Positions 1-10,438 are shown, counted from the first letter of the stretch. The stretch is DNA of 64,000 bases from Candidatus Norongarragalinales archaeon (GCA_038884755.1 JAWABJ010000001.1:636953-700952); one strand, 5' to 3'. Made by a program: numbers and translations. Notes: generated from the letters alone by a model not told the origin.

Positions 1-1100
1 GCATCACGATCAAGCTCGGCTATTCCGAAGCCGTTTTCTACAAATGCTCCTCTTGCCCCGAGCCGCAGTGCTATTCAGTAAAGCCGAAGTGCGAAAACTG
101 CGGCAAGGAATCGAAAGCCTTGCGCAAAGTCTCGTTTTTGGATTCGCCCGGCCACGAAACGCTCATGGCTACCGTAATCGCCGCTTCGAGCATAATGGAC
201 GGCGCGTTGTTTTTGATTGCGGCGAACGAAGAGTGCCCCCAGCCGCAAACCATAGAGCATTTGATGATTCTCGAGGCGGCTGAAATCAAGAACGTGGTGG
301 TAGTTCAAAACAAGGTCGACTTGGTTTCAAAGGAAAAGGCTTTGGAGAACTACAAGCAAATCAAGGAGTTTTTGAAGGGAAGCACGTTGCAAGACGCGCC
401 CGTAGTGCCGCTCGTGGCGAACGTCGGCGGTAATCTCGACGCATTGATTCAAACCATCGAAGAAACCATTCCCACCCCCGAACGCGCGGGGGAAGGAAAG
501 CAGGGTAAAATGCTCATAGCACGCAGTTTCGACGTCAACAAACCCGGAAAAGAAATCTCGAAGCTCACTGGCGGAGTGGTGGGCGGAAGCATAACCGAAG
601 GGGTTTTGCGCGTCGGCGACGAAGTAACGATTTTGCCCGGAGCACTGCGCGTGAAAAAAGAAAAAGAAACTTACCAGCCGTTGACCACGAAAATCGTTTC
701 CTTGTTTGCTGAAAACGAAAAGCTTGAGGAGGCGAGGCCCGGCGGGCTTATTGCGGTTGGAACGCAGTTGGACCCTGCGCTCACACACTCGGACTCTCTA
801 GTAGGAAACGTTTTGGGAAATAAAGAAACTCTGCCCAAAGTCTATTCCGAGTTCAAGATGGAAATAACGCAAATGAAGAGAATGCTCCAGAAGTTCACCG
901 AATCGTTCAAGCCCAGCGAGCCTCTGGTCTTGGGAGCGGGAACTGCAACGACGGTCGGATTCGTGGCCGAGCAAAAGAAAAACGTCGTGAAAATCTCCTT
1001 GAAAAAGCCAATCTGCCTCGACAAGAGCTCGCGCATTGCGGTCATGCGCAGGGCCGAAAACCGCTGGCGGTTGTACGGAACCGCAAAACTATTGGAGTAA
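1..1100 (+). CDS. eif2g: Translation initiation factor aIF2 gamma subunit (5' end outside window)
   Basis: Frame from base 3 reads ITIKLGY, then a zinc knuckle, DSPGHE and NKVD GTPase motifs, RSFDVNKPG and the C-terminal RWRLYG. Confidence 0.97.
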   Translation, partial: ITIKLGYSEAVFYKCSSCPEPQCYSVKPKCENCGKESKALRKVSFLDSPGHETLMATVIAASSIMDGALFLIAANEECPQPQTIEHLMILEAAEIKNVVVVQNKVDLVSKEKALENYKQIKEFLKGSTLQDAPVVPLVANVGGNLDALIQTIEETIPTPERAGEGKQGKMLIARSFDVNKPGKEISKLTGGVVGGSITEGVLRVGDEVTILPGALRVKKEKETYQPLTTKIVSLFAENEKLEEARPGGLIAVGTQLDPALTHSDSLVGNVLGNKETLPKVYSEFKMEITQMKRMLQKFTESFKPSEPLVLGAGTATTVGFVAEQKKNVVKISLKKPICLDKSSRIAVMRRAENRWRLYGTAKLLE

Positions 1101-1112
1101 AAGGTGTGCTGG

Positions 1113-1751
1113 ATGCGCGTGGTGCTTTTGGGGCCCCCGGGAAGCGGGAAAGGAACGCTTGGCGTGATGTTCGCGCAAGCCAAGAACATTCCACACTTGA
1201 GCACAGGCGACATGCTCAGAAAGGAAGTTGCGGAAGAAACAAAATTGGGAAGAGAAATCGGGCCGATAATAAACTCGGGAACTCTCATTCCAGACCAAAT
1301 GATGATTGAAGTAATAAGGCATAGGCTCGGGCGAGGCGATTGCGCGAAAGGCTTCGTGCTCGACGGTTTTCCTCGCACTACCGCGCAGGCAATCGCTTTG
1401 GACGCCATGCTTTCCGAAATGCGCATGGAACTCGACGCAGTGCTCTTGCTGACAGCCTCGAAAAAAGAAATAGTGCGCAGGCTTTCAGGGCGTAGGGTGT
1501 GCAGCCAGTGCGGCAAGATTTACACTGCGGAATATGCGAAAAACGCGTGCGAAAAGTGCGGCGGGAGGCTCGGCATTCGCGAGGACGACAAGCCCGAAGT
1601 GATAGAAAAGCGTTTGGGAATTTACGAAAGGCAGACTGCGCCTCTCGTCGACTACTACCGGGAGAAAGACCTGATTCTGGAAATAAACGGCGAGCAAAGC
1701 CCGCAAAAGGTTTTGAGCGACGTGCTCGCGGTTTTGAAAGAAAGCGATTAA
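1113..1751 (+). CDS. adk: Adenylate kinase, bacterial-type with Zn lid
   Basis: GPPGSGKGT P-loop, STGDMLR, LDGFPRT, CxxC...CxxC lid. Confidence 0.95.
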   Translation: MRVVLLGPPGSGKGTLGVMFAQAKNIPHLSTGDMLRKEVAEETKLGREIGPIINSGTLIPDQMMIEVIRHRLGRGDCAKGFVLDGFPRTTAQAIALDAMLSEMRMELDAVLLLTASKKEIVRRLSGRRVCSQCGKIYTAEYAKNACEKCGGRLGIREDDKPEVIEKRLGIYERQTAPLVDYYREKDLILEINGEQSPQKVLSDVLAVLKESD

Positions 1752-1790
1752 AACGGCGGGACAAAAGAATTATAGCATCGCGGAAACAAT

Positions 1791-1864
1791 GGGCTCGTAG
1801 CTCAGCTTGGCAGAGCGGCTGGCTTTTAACCAGCATGTCGTGGGTTCGAATCCCACCGAGCCCG
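1791..1864 (+). tRNA. tRNA-Lys(UUU)
   Basis: Cloverleaf GGGCTCG...CGAGCCC; anticodon loop CTTTTAA; T-loop TTCGAAT. Confidence 0.97.
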
Positions 1865-1922
1865 CTAAAAGGAGAAACTACGTTTCTCCTCTTTACTCCG
1901 CTTCCTTTGAGGGCGTGTGAAA

Positions 1923-2270
1923 ATGAAGGTTCTCATGGACACAAACGTTCTGCTTGCGTTTCTAGACAACAAGACCGATTTCGCCGGCCTCATCAAGGAA
2001 ACGTACTTGTACGCAGAGCTTTACGTGCTCAAGCAAAGCATGGACGAAATCAAGGCAAAGCGCAAGGCGGCGTTCAGGCACATAGAAGAATACGTGAAAA
2101 ACAACGGCTTTCGCGTCGTTGGCGGGAGCGGAAAGGCGGATGGCTTGATCGAATCGTGGGCGAAGGCGAACAATGGGGTGGTTGCAACGCGCGATTTCGC
2201 CTTGAAAAAAAGGTTAAAAAGGGCGGGAATCCAAGTTATTTCGCTGAAAAACAACAAGCTAGGGCTCTAG
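1923..2270 (+). CDS. PIN-domain protein (Fcf1/Utp24-like)
   Basis: VLMDTNVL start, ADGLI and VATRD motifs; conserved position before rpo7. Confidence 0.85.
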   Translation: MKVLMDTNVLLAFLDNKTDFAGLIKETYLYAELYVLKQSMDEIKAKRKAAFRHIEEYVKNNGFRVVGGSGKADGLIESWAKANNGVVATRDFALKKRLKRAGIQVISLKNNKLGL

Positions 2271-2320
2271 CTTGCCGAGCCGATTTGTTTTTTCCTTAAT
2301 GCTTTCTAGGGGTGTGTTTC

Positions 2321-2884
2321 GTGTACAAACTCGTCACTATCGAACAAACAGTCCGCATTCCGCCAAACCTGTTCGGGTTGAAGATGAAGGACGCGGCCTT
2401 GTCCATGCTGCGCGAACAGCTGGAAAGGACGGTCGACAAGGAATTGGGCATAGTGGTGAGCGTCGACAACGCGCGCATAAAAAGCTCGGGGAAAGTCTTA
2501 CAGGGAGATGGCGCCGCGTATGTTGACGTCGACTTTGACGCGCTGGTTTACGAGCCGCAAATCAACGAAGTCGTTGACGGCGAGGTGACCGAAATCGTCG
2601 AGTTCGGCGCGTTCGTGCGCATAGGGCCGGTCGACGGGCTGATTCACGTTTCGCAAATCGCGAACGACTTTTTCAGCTTCGACAAGAAAACCGGGAACCT
2701 GGTCGGAAGGGAGACCAAGAAGAACGTCAAGAAGGGGGACAAGCTGCGAGCGAAAATCGCGACGGTAAGCTTGAAGGACACGATTGCGGCGAGCAAAATC
2801 GCCTTGACCAGCAGGCCCGAAGGCCTGTCGGAAAAAAAGAAGGAAAGGGCCGGTAAAGAAAGGAAAGAAAGGAAGAGAGGATAA
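2321..2884 (+). CDS. rpo7: RNA polymerase subunit Rpo7 (RpoE')
   Basis: VRIPP, GDGAAY, S1 domain FGAFVRIGPVDGLIHVSQI. Confidence 0.96.
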   Translation: MYKLVTIEQTVRIPPNLFGLKMKDAALSMLREQLERTVDKELGIVVSVDNARIKSSGKVLQGDGAAYVDVDFDALVYEPQINEVVDGEVTEIVEFGAFVRIGPVDGLIHVSQIANDFFSFDKKTGNLVGRETKKNVKKGDKLRAKIATVSLKDTIAASKIALTSRPEGLSEKKKERAGKERKERKRG

Positions 2885-2887
2885 GGG

Positions 2888-3070
2888 ATGGAAAAAGCTT
2901 GCAGGAAATGCAGACGCATAGTCCAGGGCGACGTTTGCCCCGCGGACCAGTCCACCGATTTGACGAAAACGTTCGAAGGCTACATAGTGATTCTCGGGCC
3001 GGAGCAATCCGAAGTGGCCAAAGCAGTGAACGCCACCACTCCCGGAAAATACGCCTTGAAAATAAAGTGA
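2888..3070 (+). CDS. spt4: Transcription elongation factor Spt4 (RpoE'')
   Basis: KACRKCRRI...CP...SEVAK...PGKYALK. Confidence 0.93.
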   Translation: MEKACRKCRRIVQGDVCPADQSTDLTKTFEGYIVILGPEQSEVAKAVNATTPGKYALKIK

Positions 3071-3369
3071 TGCAAAAAATGAAGGTTGTTGAAGAAAAGG
3101 AAAACAAGCTTTTCGAAAGGAAGGAAATAACGGTCGAAATCGACACTCCGGCGGGAACCCCGTCCAGGAAACAGGTTTTGGAAGAGTTGAAGAAGAAATT
3201 CCAAGGCGAGGTAGTCGTGGAAAAAATCGAGCAGAAGTTCGGGTCGAAAAACGTCACCGTCAAAGCCAGGGTTTACGCTTCCGCCGAGAAGGCGGCTTCG
3301 TTCGAGCCAGAATGGAGAATGCAAAGGGGCTTGGCAGCGCCTAAAGCCCAAGCTGAAGCAAAAGCATAA
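3070..3369 (+). CDS. rps24e: 30S ribosomal protein S24e
   Basis: ENKLFERKE, GTPSRKQV, FG...ARVY; operon context. Confidence 0.92.
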   Translation: MQKMKVVEEKENKLFERKEITVEIDTPAGTPSRKQVLEELKKKFQGEVVVEKIEQKFGSKNVTVKARVYASAEKAASFEPEWRMQRGLAAPKAQAEAKA

Positions 3370-3378
3370 GGTGTTTTT

Positions 3379-3522
3379 ATGGCTGAAAAAGCAAAGAAGG
3401 AAAAAAAGTTCAAGCCCTACAAGGCCGGACGCTCTTGCCCCAAGTGCGGGGCCGGCGTGAAGCTCGCCGAGCACAAAAACCGCCTTTCGTGCGGAAAGTG
3501 CGGCTACATGGAAAAGCAGTAA
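3379..3522 (+). CDS. rps27ae: 30S ribosomal protein S27ae (not in ORF track)
   Basis: Hand translation [55 protein letters not shown]. Confidence 0.93.
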   Translation: MAEKAKKEKKFKPYKAGRSCPKCGAGVKLAEHKNRLSCGKCGYMEKQ

Positions 3523-3547
3523 ACCAACATTTAAACGCCCTAATCGC

Positions 3548-4108
3548 GTGAATGCTATTCAGACCATGAACGGAATACTCGAAGTGAATTTGAAAGCCAT
3601 AGCCTTCAGCCTAGCAATTCTCGCGGCGCCGTTCTTTCTCCTGAAGCTCGAAGGAAAGAAAAACTTCAGGAAAGAACTTTTGCTGGGAAAGCTGAACTGG
3701 GCTAAAACACTCTTTCAAGGCTTGAAGCTCTTCGCCGTAACGTTCTTCATCCTCGTCCTCCAGGGCATCATCCTGAACCTGCTCGGGCTTTTGGACAACG
3801 AGATTGTCGTTGAAATCATAACCGCCCAGGAACCCCTCGCGCTACTCATGGCAGTAACAATAGGACCCATAGGAGAAGAACTGCTTTTTCGGGGGTACCT
3901 GCTCAAGCGCATGGGCGTGGTATTGCAAGCCGTCCTCTTCGCCCTGTTCCACTACGGCTACGCCAGCATCTCTGAAATCCTCGCGGCGCTGGCTGTAGGC
4001 GTGCTCCTGGGGCTTTACGTAAAGAAAAACAAGGACATCTACTCGGCCATAGCTGCACACTCGTTCTACAACATTTTTTCAATAACGCTCGTTTTGTTTT
4101 ACGTTTGA
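3548..4108 (+). CDS. CPBP/CAAX intramembrane metalloprotease
   Basis: EELLFRG, FALFH, AHSFYN motifs; hydrophobic. Confidence 0.9.
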   Translation: MNAIQTMNGILEVNLKAIAFSLAILAAPFFLLKLEGKKNFRKELLLGKLNWAKTLFQGLKLFAVTFFILVLQGIILNLLGLLDNEIVVEIITAQEPLALLMAVTIGPIGEELLFRGYLLKRMGVVLQAVLFALFHYGYASISEILAALAVGVLLGLYVKKNKDIYSAIAAHSFYNIFSITLVLFYV

Positions 4109-4129
4109 GAGCAAGGGGGAGGAGGGAGA

Positions 4130-5137
4130 GTGGGAAAGGCGTGCACGGTTTTGGGGATTGAAAGCACGGCGCACACGCTGGGCGCGGGAATCGCCGAAGC
4201 AGGCGAACGCATTTCAATCAAAGCCAACGCCGTTTCTAAAGTCCCGCACACGAAAAAGGGCTTCGTGCCCAGGCTGCTTGCGGAACACCACGCGCGCGTT
4301 TTCAAGAAGACGGTGCAAAATGCGTTGAAGCAGTCGCGCTGCAAGCTTCCTGAGCTTGACGGGATAGCGTTTTCTCAAGGGCCGGGCATCGGGCACGCCT
4401 TGAGGGTGGGTTTCGTGGGCGCCAGAACCCTTTCCGAGCTGCTTTCAGTCCCCCTGCTTCCCGTGCACCACGGCATCGCCCACATCGAAGTGGGAAAGTG
4501 GGAGTGCGGGTTGCGCGACCCGCTTGTGCTTTACGTTTCCGGCGGAAACACGCAAATACTTGTTTTGGACCCCGGCGAAAAACGCTATCGCGTGCTCGGC
4601 GAGACGCTGGACGTGGGCGTGGGGAATTTCCTGGACGTTTTCGCGCGCGAGTTCGGGCTGAACAACGCCGTCGAAGTAATGCACCACGCTTCGCAAGGGC
4701 AGAAGTTTTTGGAAATGCCTTACACCATCAAAGGGATGAACGTGAGCTTCACGGGACTGCTTACGCACTGCGCCCGCAATTTCAAGCCTCGCGTGGAGAA
4801 AGGGGAAGTGCGCTTGCAAGACGTTTGCTTTTCCGTGCAGGAAACCGTTTTCGCAATCCTCACCGAAGCGACCGAACGCGCTTTGCTCCACTCGCAAAAA
4901 AACGAGGTTTTGGTTTGCGGGGGAGTGGCGTGCAATACGCGTTTGAAAGAAATGCTTTCGGCAATGGCGAAGGAAAACAAGGCGAAGTTTGGCTCCACGC
5001 GCGACGAGTACAACCGAGACAACGGCGCGATGATCGCGCTCGTGGGCGCGAAAATGCTTTCCGCCAGCTTCATTCCGGGCGAAAACGAGATAAGCCAGCG
5101 CATGCGCCCGGAAGCGCAGGAAATAACTTGGGCTTGA
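4130..5137 (+). CDS. kae1: tRNA t6A threonylcarbamoyltransferase Kae1
   Basis: LGIESTAHT, GPG, HxxAHIE, LYVSGGNTQ, GETLD, GGVACN, DNGAMIA. Confidence 0.96.
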   Translation: MGKACTVLGIESTAHTLGAGIAEAGERISIKANAVSKVPHTKKGFVPRLLAEHHARVFKKTVQNALKQSRCKLPELDGIAFSQGPGIGHALRVGFVGARTLSELLSVPLLPVHHGIAHIEVGKWECGLRDPLVLYVSGGNTQILVLDPGEKRYRVLGETLDVGVGNFLDVFAREFGLNNAVEVMHHASQGQKFLEMPYTIKGMNVSFTGLLTHCARNFKPRVEKGEVRLQDVCFSVQETVFAILTEATERALLHSQKNEVLVCGGVACNTRLKEMLSAMAKENKAKFGSTRDEYNRDNGAMIALVGAKMLSASFIPGENEISQRMRPEAQEITWA

Positions 5138-5198
5138 ATGCCGTAATGTAAAGTATTAAATTCCTTTCAAAAGAAATTTGTTTCAAAGGTGGGCAATC

Positions 5199-5846
5199 AT
5201 GCAGACTAAAATCATGAAGTTAGAGCACGATATGGAAAAAATGGCGAAAGTCATAGACCAGTGCGTTTCCGTAATCCAAAAAGGCGGGACGCTGACTTTC
5301 CCCACGGAAACGAGCTACGGCATAGGCTGCGACGCGACCAACGAAAAGGCGGTCAAAAGGATTTACGAAGCCAAGGAGAGGGAGGCGTACAAGCCATTCC
5401 CGATAGTGATAAGCGACTTGCGCATGGCCGAAGAGTACTTCGTTTTGAACGACAGCGCCAGGAAACTCATCAAAGCGTTCATGCCCGGGCCTTTGAGCCT
5501 GGTTTTGGACAAGAAAGGCAGCAAAATGCCCGACGAGTTCTGGCCCAAGGAAATCGGCGTCGCGTTCCGAATTCCCGGAAAGGATTTCGTGCGAATAATG
5601 GCGCAGGAGGCAGGGGTTCCGCTTGTCGCAACGTCAGCCAACCTCTCGGGCAGGACGCCAATATACCGTTTTGAAGACATCAAGCAAACGTTCAACGGCA
5701 AAGTGGAGTTGATGGTTGACGGAGGAAACCTCCCCCCAATCCGCCCCTCGACCATAATCGACTTGCGCGACAAGCAACCCATCGTGGTCAGAGAAGGACC
5801 CTTGAACATCCAAGACATCCTCCGCGAGCTTTCCAAAGAACAGTAG
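5199..5846 (+). CDS. L-threonylcarbamoyladenylate synthase (Sua5/TsaC, YrdC domain only)
   Basis: FPTETSYG, KxR, PGPLSL, TSANLSG, PSTIID. Confidence 0.93.
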   Translation: MQTKIMKLEHDMEKMAKVIDQCVSVIQKGGTLTFPTETSYGIGCDATNEKAVKRIYEAKEREAYKPFPIVISDLRMAEEYFVLNDSARKLIKAFMPGPLSLVLDKKGSKMPDEFWPKEIGVAFRIPGKDFVRIMAQEAGVPLVATSANLSGRTPIYRFEDIKQTFNGKVELMVDGGNLPPIRPSTIIDLRDKQPIVVREGPLNIQDILRELSKEQ

Positions 5847-5857
5847 GAAAAAACAGC

Positions 5858-6442
5858 ATGAGAGGCAAAATCATTGGCAAGGGAGCGGAAGCAGTGCTAT
5901 TCCTGGCCAAGCTCAAAGGCAAACGGGTTGTAGTCAAAAAACGCCTGGAAAAAAAATACCGCCACTCTGTTTTGGACCACAAGCTGAGAAAAAACCGCAC
6001 GCGCAGGGAAGAACGCGTTTTGCAAAGGCTCAACGAAAAAGGCGTGAGCGCTCCGCGTTTTATAGACGCGAAAGACGCGCAAGTGGTTTTCTCGTTCGAA
6101 AAAGGCGTTCTTGCCAAGAATGCAACCTTGTCCAGCGCGGTTTTGAAAGAAATCGGAAGGCAGCTTGCGTCCGTGCACGAGGCGGGAATAGCGCACGGCG
6201 ATTTCACCACAAGCAACATCCTCGTAGACGGCGCGCGAGTGAAAATAATCGATTTCGGGCTTTCGGTTTTCTCGCAAAGCGTGGAAGACTACGCGACGGA
6301 CTTGGTGTTATTCGAGAAAACAGTTTCTACGCGCGAATTCTCCATTTTCCTGAAGGCTTACGCTAAAGCAAAGAAAAACTCCCGAGCCGTGGTGGCGCGG
6401 TTCGCAGAAATAAAGCAACGCGGCAGGTACGTCGAACGCTAG
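5858..6442 (+). CDS. bud32: KEOPS kinase Bud32
   Basis: GKGAEA, KKYRH, HGDFTTSN, IDFGLS, RGRY. Confidence 0.94.
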   Translation: MRGKIIGKGAEAVLFLAKLKGKRVVVKKRLEKKYRHSVLDHKLRKNRTRREERVLQRLNEKGVSAPRFIDAKDAQVVFSFEKGVLAKNATLSSAVLKEIGRQLASVHEAGIAHGDFTTSNILVDGARVKIIDFGLSVFSQSVEDYATDLVLFEKTVSTREFSIFLKAYAKAKKNSRAVVARFAEIKQRGRYVER

Positions 6443-6444
6443 GC

Positions 6445-6558
6445 TTAAAGTTCTCCAATCCTGCGCTTTTGCTTTCTCTTCAAGCGTTTTCTTCTCTTCT
6501 TAATCCACTTCCATCTCATGTGCCCTTTCTTTTTCCACTTGCGCGGTCTTGCACCCAT
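6445..6558 (-). CDS. rpl41e: Ribosomal protein L41e (eL41/eS32)
   Basis: [37 protein letters not shown]. Confidence 0.9.
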   Translation of the reverse strand: MGARPRKWKKKGHMRWKWIKKRRKRLKRKQKRRIGEL

Positions 6559-6710
6559 AGTATAGAACCTCGTAATTAACGTTAAAAATACAAGAATTAT
6601 TTGCCCCGATTGCCTTTTATTTGTATTCAAATGCCCAAATACGCTTTCCTGACTTGCGGCAGCATTTTCGAACTTCACGGTCTCATATACAGGTCTAGAA
6701 AGAAGTGTGG

Positions 6711-8738
6711 CTAAGGACGCACGAGTTTCCTTACTTCCGCACGGTCCATTCTCTTCAACTGTTCTGCGCTTTTGACGCCCTTGTCGAAAAGCTTTCTCGC
6801 GCGCACGCGCCCTATCCCGCGAATCCTGCACAAATCAAGCAATTCTTCCTTGACCCCGTGCTTTATCCTGCGCGAGAGTATTTTCGCGTTTTTGTATGCA
6901 GTGGTTTGGTTCAACAAAAACGCTATTTCCTGCATGCAATAGCAAAGCCACTCGGAATTAAGCGCGCGAGAGTGCAACGCGCCTGGCGGCAAGTCGAACT
7001 TCTCCATAACGTCCGCTTCGCTCGCCTCGTTAATCCAAGCGTTCAACACCTTGGCAGTCTTGAATTTTTCGACTGCCTCGAAATCGCTTTCCAGCATTAC
7101 TATTTCCTTGTCGTCCAGCAAGCCGTACAACTCTTCCCACAATTCGTTCTCCTCGTTTTGCTTTACGCTCAACAGCGGGCGGGATTCCGTCGCATTTTGC
7201 AGCGCCATCAAGTAATCGAAAGGATTGGTTTTCGCTTTCTTGGTGAATTCCACGAAAGCATACGCACTGGCAGGGTCGATGTAAAGCTCCGACACCCTTT
7301 TCCCGAGCGGCGTTGCCAAAAGCAACCCGCCTTTCTCCCTCAAGAAATCCATGTCCTTCAAATCCGCGACTATTTTCTCTATAATGCCGTACAGTTCTTC
7401 CATGTTCACGTATTGGAACGCGAAGAAAGTCTTTTCGAAAAACGAATAAAGCGTTTTGAAATCTCGGCAGTAGTCCGACGCTATCAACGCAAGCACGTGG
7501 CTGCGCAGCACGGGCTCGCTGGAAAGCTTGGAATGAATTTTTTCGAGCGGGCCGAAAACGTATTTTTCCTTAACTTTGTTCCGCTCGGCGGAAGAACAGC
7601 AGAATATTCCCACTCCTTTCGAATCGTAGTTGGGGCGCCCGGCTCGCCCGACCATTTGGGCGCATTCCAACGCGGGAATGAATTCGGCGAAAGCGCCGTT
7701 GAAACGCTTGAGGTCTTTCACGATAACCCATGACGCCGGATAGTCGATGCCTATCGCGAGGGTGGTCGTGCATACTATCGCTTTCACGCACCGGTCTTTC
7801 TTGAAGCCGGTTTCAATGAGCTTGCGTTGGCCGGACGGAAGCCCAGCGTGGTGGAATGCTACTCCGTGTTTCAAGCATTCGGCAAGCGCTTCGCATTGCG
7901 AAGTGGGCGTGCCTAACGCTTTCAGGGTTTTTTCCGAAAGCCATTCGCACTCTTCCTTTTCTGCCCCGTCAAGAAACTTTGAAGCCAAAGGAATCAATTC
8001 CCTTGCAAACGATTCGGCATTACGGCGCGAAGAAACGAAAACCAACACTTGCGCGTCTTTCTTTTCCTTCAGCGCGCTTTCAATCAAGCCCTTTATCCCG
8101 TCGAGCTTTTCCTTGGCGCGTCCGTCCGAAATTTCGAGTTTTTCCCCGTCGAAAACGCCCAAGTGCAACGGCGTGGGGCGGTAGTCGCTTTGAATCAATT
8201 TCGCTTCAAGCCAATCCGCAATTTCCAAAGCGTTGGGAATGGTCGCGGAAAGGCAAAGGATTTTGCAGTTTTTTCCCAGCAGCTTTGCAAGGACTATTTC
8301 GAGCGTAGCTCCGCGCGAGTCGTCGCCCATCAAATGCACTTCGTCCGCTATCACGAGCCCGACGCTCTCGATCCACTTTGGGTTATGGCGCAAAAGCGAA
8401 TCCATCTTTTCGCTTGTCACTACGATAACGTCGAAAGAATGCAGTTGCTCCGAAGAGGAATCCAAATCGCCAGTCGCAATTCCAACGCTCAAACCGTGGG
8501 GCGAAAGCTTTTCCACAAACTCGTCGTGCTTTTCGCTCGCCAGCGCTCGCAACGGGACGATGTACAACGCCTTTGTTTTAGTGCGTTTGTAGTTGTCGAG
8601 GATTTTCATTAACGCCAAAAGAGTTTTCCCGCTTGCAGTCGGGGCCGAAACGACCGCGCGCTCGCTGGAAAGCAGTCCATCGGCTAACGCTTTTGCCTGC
8701 AAAGGATTCAACTGCGAATAGCCTAACTGCGAGTGCAT
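6711..8738 (-). CDS. hel308: Ski2-like DNA repair helicase Hel308/Hjm
   Basis: [32 protein letters not shown]-terminal Hh[11 protein letters not shown]. Confidence 0.95.
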   Translation of the reverse strand: MHSQLGYSQLNPLQAKALADGLLSSERAVVSAPTASGKTLLALMKILDNYKRTKTKALYIVPLRALASEKHDEFVEKLSPHGLSVGIATGDLDSSSEQLHSFDVIVVTSEKMDSLLRHNPKWIESVGLVIADEVHLMGDDSRGATLEIVLAKLLGKNCKILCLSATIPNALEIADWLEAKLIQSDYRPTPLHLGVFDGEKLEISDGRAKEKLDGIKGLIESALKEKKDAQVLVFVSSRRNAESFARELIPLASKFLDGAEKEECEWLSEKTLKALGTPTSQCEALAECLKHGVAFHHAGLPSGQRKLIETGFKKDRCVKAIVCTTTLAIGIDYPASWVIVKDLKRFNGAFAEFIPALECAQMVGRAGRPNYDSKGVGIFCCSSAERNKVKEKYVFGPLEKIHSKLSSEPVLRSHVLALIASDYCRDFKTLYSFFEKTFFAFQYVNMEELYGIIEKIVADLKDMDFLREKGGLLLATPLGKRVSELYIDPASAYAFVEFTKKAKTNPFDYLMALQNATESRPLLSVKQNEENELWEELYGLLDDKEIVMLESDFEAVEKFKTAKVLNAWINEASEADVMEKFDLPPGALHSRALNSEWLCYCMQEIAFLLNQTTAYKNAKILSRRIKHGVKEELLDLCRIRGIGRVRARKLFDKGVKSAEQLKRMDRAEVRKLVRP

Positions 8739-8777
8739 TGGAAAGAAATCGCTGAAGCCTAGCTTAAAAACCTAATC

Positions 8778-8794
8778 AGAGTGCCTTTCCAGTG
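8778..8794 (-). promoter_or_regulatory. Conserved 17-bp box CACTGGAAAGGCACTCT, 7 nt upstream of the hel308 TATA (TTTTTAAG)
   Basis: Near-identical boxes at 40545, 44014 and 49681, each followed by a TATA-like element. Confidence 0.7.
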
Positions 8795-8824
8795 GTTATC
8801 CAAATTTTTAATGTGCTTCAACTT

Positions 8825-9064
8825 CTAGAAAGTGCAGGTTCTAAGGTAGCCGTTTGGCGTTTTATAGATAAAACCTTCAGTAAACAAGAGCTCTACAAAA
8901 AGCCCGAGTTGTTTCTTGCGTATCTGAGGGAAATGTTTTTTTAATTGCTTTGCGGTTAGCCCACCGCTTTCATGCAACTGAATCCAGACGGCTAAAGGTT
9001 CCAAACCTTTAGGTACTCTCCAAGGCGGCAAAGAATCTGCTAAACGTGTTTTTGAAGAAATCAT
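8825..9064 (-). CDS. Small hypothetical protein, possible winged-helix
   Basis: 79-aa ORF from ATG 9064; LTAKQL...LFTEGFIYKTPNGY resembles wHTH wing. Confidence 0.45.
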   Translation of the reverse strand: MISSKTRLADSLPPWRVPKGLEPLAVWIQLHESGGLTAKQLKKHFPQIRKKQLGLFVELLFTEGFIYKTPNGYLRTCTF

Positions 9065-9518
9065 GTTGTCACGGTGAAACCAAAAATCTAAAGAGTGGTT
9101 GCGAGAGGACAATGCCAACATAAAAAGGCGATAACGCCTGGGAGTTTGCCTGCCCTCGCACCACAGTCTCTCTCCCTTACGGGAGAACTTTTCTGCCTTC
9201 GCTATTGCTCACGCAACACGCATTAAAAAACCTTTCGCTAAAAAGAGCTTAAGCTGCCTTGTTTCGTTTAGAAAAGGCGTAAAAAGGGCTTAGAATATGA
9301 AAAAGAGGAAGCTAAAGGTTCGTTTTCCCCAAGCCTCTTGTCTGTTTCTACACGAATTGTTTTCTTTTATACAACCTTTTAAGCGTATGCTACTACCCCG
9401 CGGGAACTAAGCCAAAGCAAATCAGATGACTCTATTTTCATCACAACTCGCTTTCGCGATCAGAAGTACCTCTAGTCATCATTCGAATACAATTCTACTG
9501 GAGGATGTTAATAAGAAA

Positions 9519-9591
9519 TAGCCCCGGGCGGATTCGAACCGCCGTCCACGGATTCAGAGTCCGTTATCCTGGGCCGCTAGACTACGGGGCT
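9519..9591 (-). tRNA. tRNA-Gln(CUG)
   Basis: AGCCCCG acceptor stem; anticodon loop CTCTGAA; TTCGAAT. Confidence 0.96.
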
Positions 9592-9643
9592 GCAACTGGA
9601 AATCGAAAAAAAACATATGCCCGCGGGGTTTGAAAATGCTTTG

Positions 9644-10363
9644 CTATTCAAACAAAAGTATGATTATCCAAATCGAGACTACGCCGAAAAGGAAGGAAGC
9701 GAATTCTATCACGGATTTGTTCAACGCAGTTTCTTTCTTCAACTCGGGAATCAGGTCGGTGCAGGCAATGTAAATCAGCCCTCCTGCCGATAGGGGAAGC
9801 AGGACTGACGAAAGGTTGGGCACAACAGATGAAAAGTAAAACACGACCAAAGCACCCACGACTGCAGCAAAGGCTGAAAGCAGGTTGAAAAGCAACGCCT
9901 TTTTTTGCGTCATGCCCCCGTAAAGCAGTATGGTGTAATCTCCGAACTCTTGCGGAATTTCATGCGCTGCCACCGCGATTGTCGTAGTAAAGCCAAGCAT
10001 TGAGTCTTGAATGAAGGCTGCGGCTATTATCGTCCCGTCGAGGAAATTGTGGATGGCGTCGCCGATGAGGTTGAGCGTTGTGAAAGGGTGACGGTGGGTT
10101 TTGGAATGATGGTGGTGCCAGAACAAGATTTTTTCCAGGACGAAAAACAGGACTACTCCGAGCAAGGCGTATTCAAGCGTGCCGCCCGCCTCCAGGGACT
10201 CTGGAAGTAAGTCAAGAAAAACAACTGCGAGCATTGTTCCTGCAGCAAAGCTCACAAACAAGCCCAAGTTCTTTTCCGCAGTCTTGCTGACAACGAAAAC
10301 TATTCCAACCAAAGAAAGCACGCTGACGAGCAAAGTCGCAGCGATAATTTCAAGCAAAACCAA
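9644..10363 (-). CDS. ZIP family metal transporter
   Basis: FAAGTML, His-rich loop, GDAIHNFLDG, HEIPQE. Confidence 0.94.
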   Translation of the reverse strand: MVLLEIIAATLLVSVLSLVGIVFVVSKTAEKNLGLFVSFAAGTMLAVVFLDLLPESLEAGGTLEYALLGVVLFFVLEKILFWHHHHSKTHRHPFTTLNLIGDAIHNFLDGTIIAAAFIQDSMLGFTTTIAVAAHEIPQEFGDYTILLYGGMTQKKALLFNLLSAFAAVVGALVVFYFSSVVPNLSSVLLPLSAGGLIYIACTDLIPELKKETALNKSVIEFASFLFGVVSIWIIILLFE

Positions 10364-10438
10364 AGCGTCCTACACCTTAAACTGCCAGTAATTAGAAGGC
10401 TAGACTGAAAATTAAAGAGTTTCGTTGTTTAAAAAAAA

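Noticed and set aside
6705..7733. Long antisense ORFs (e.g. 6705-7733, 13131-14162, 17841-19235, 55505-56566)
   Set aside because: Shadows of well-supported genes on the opposite strand; no motifs
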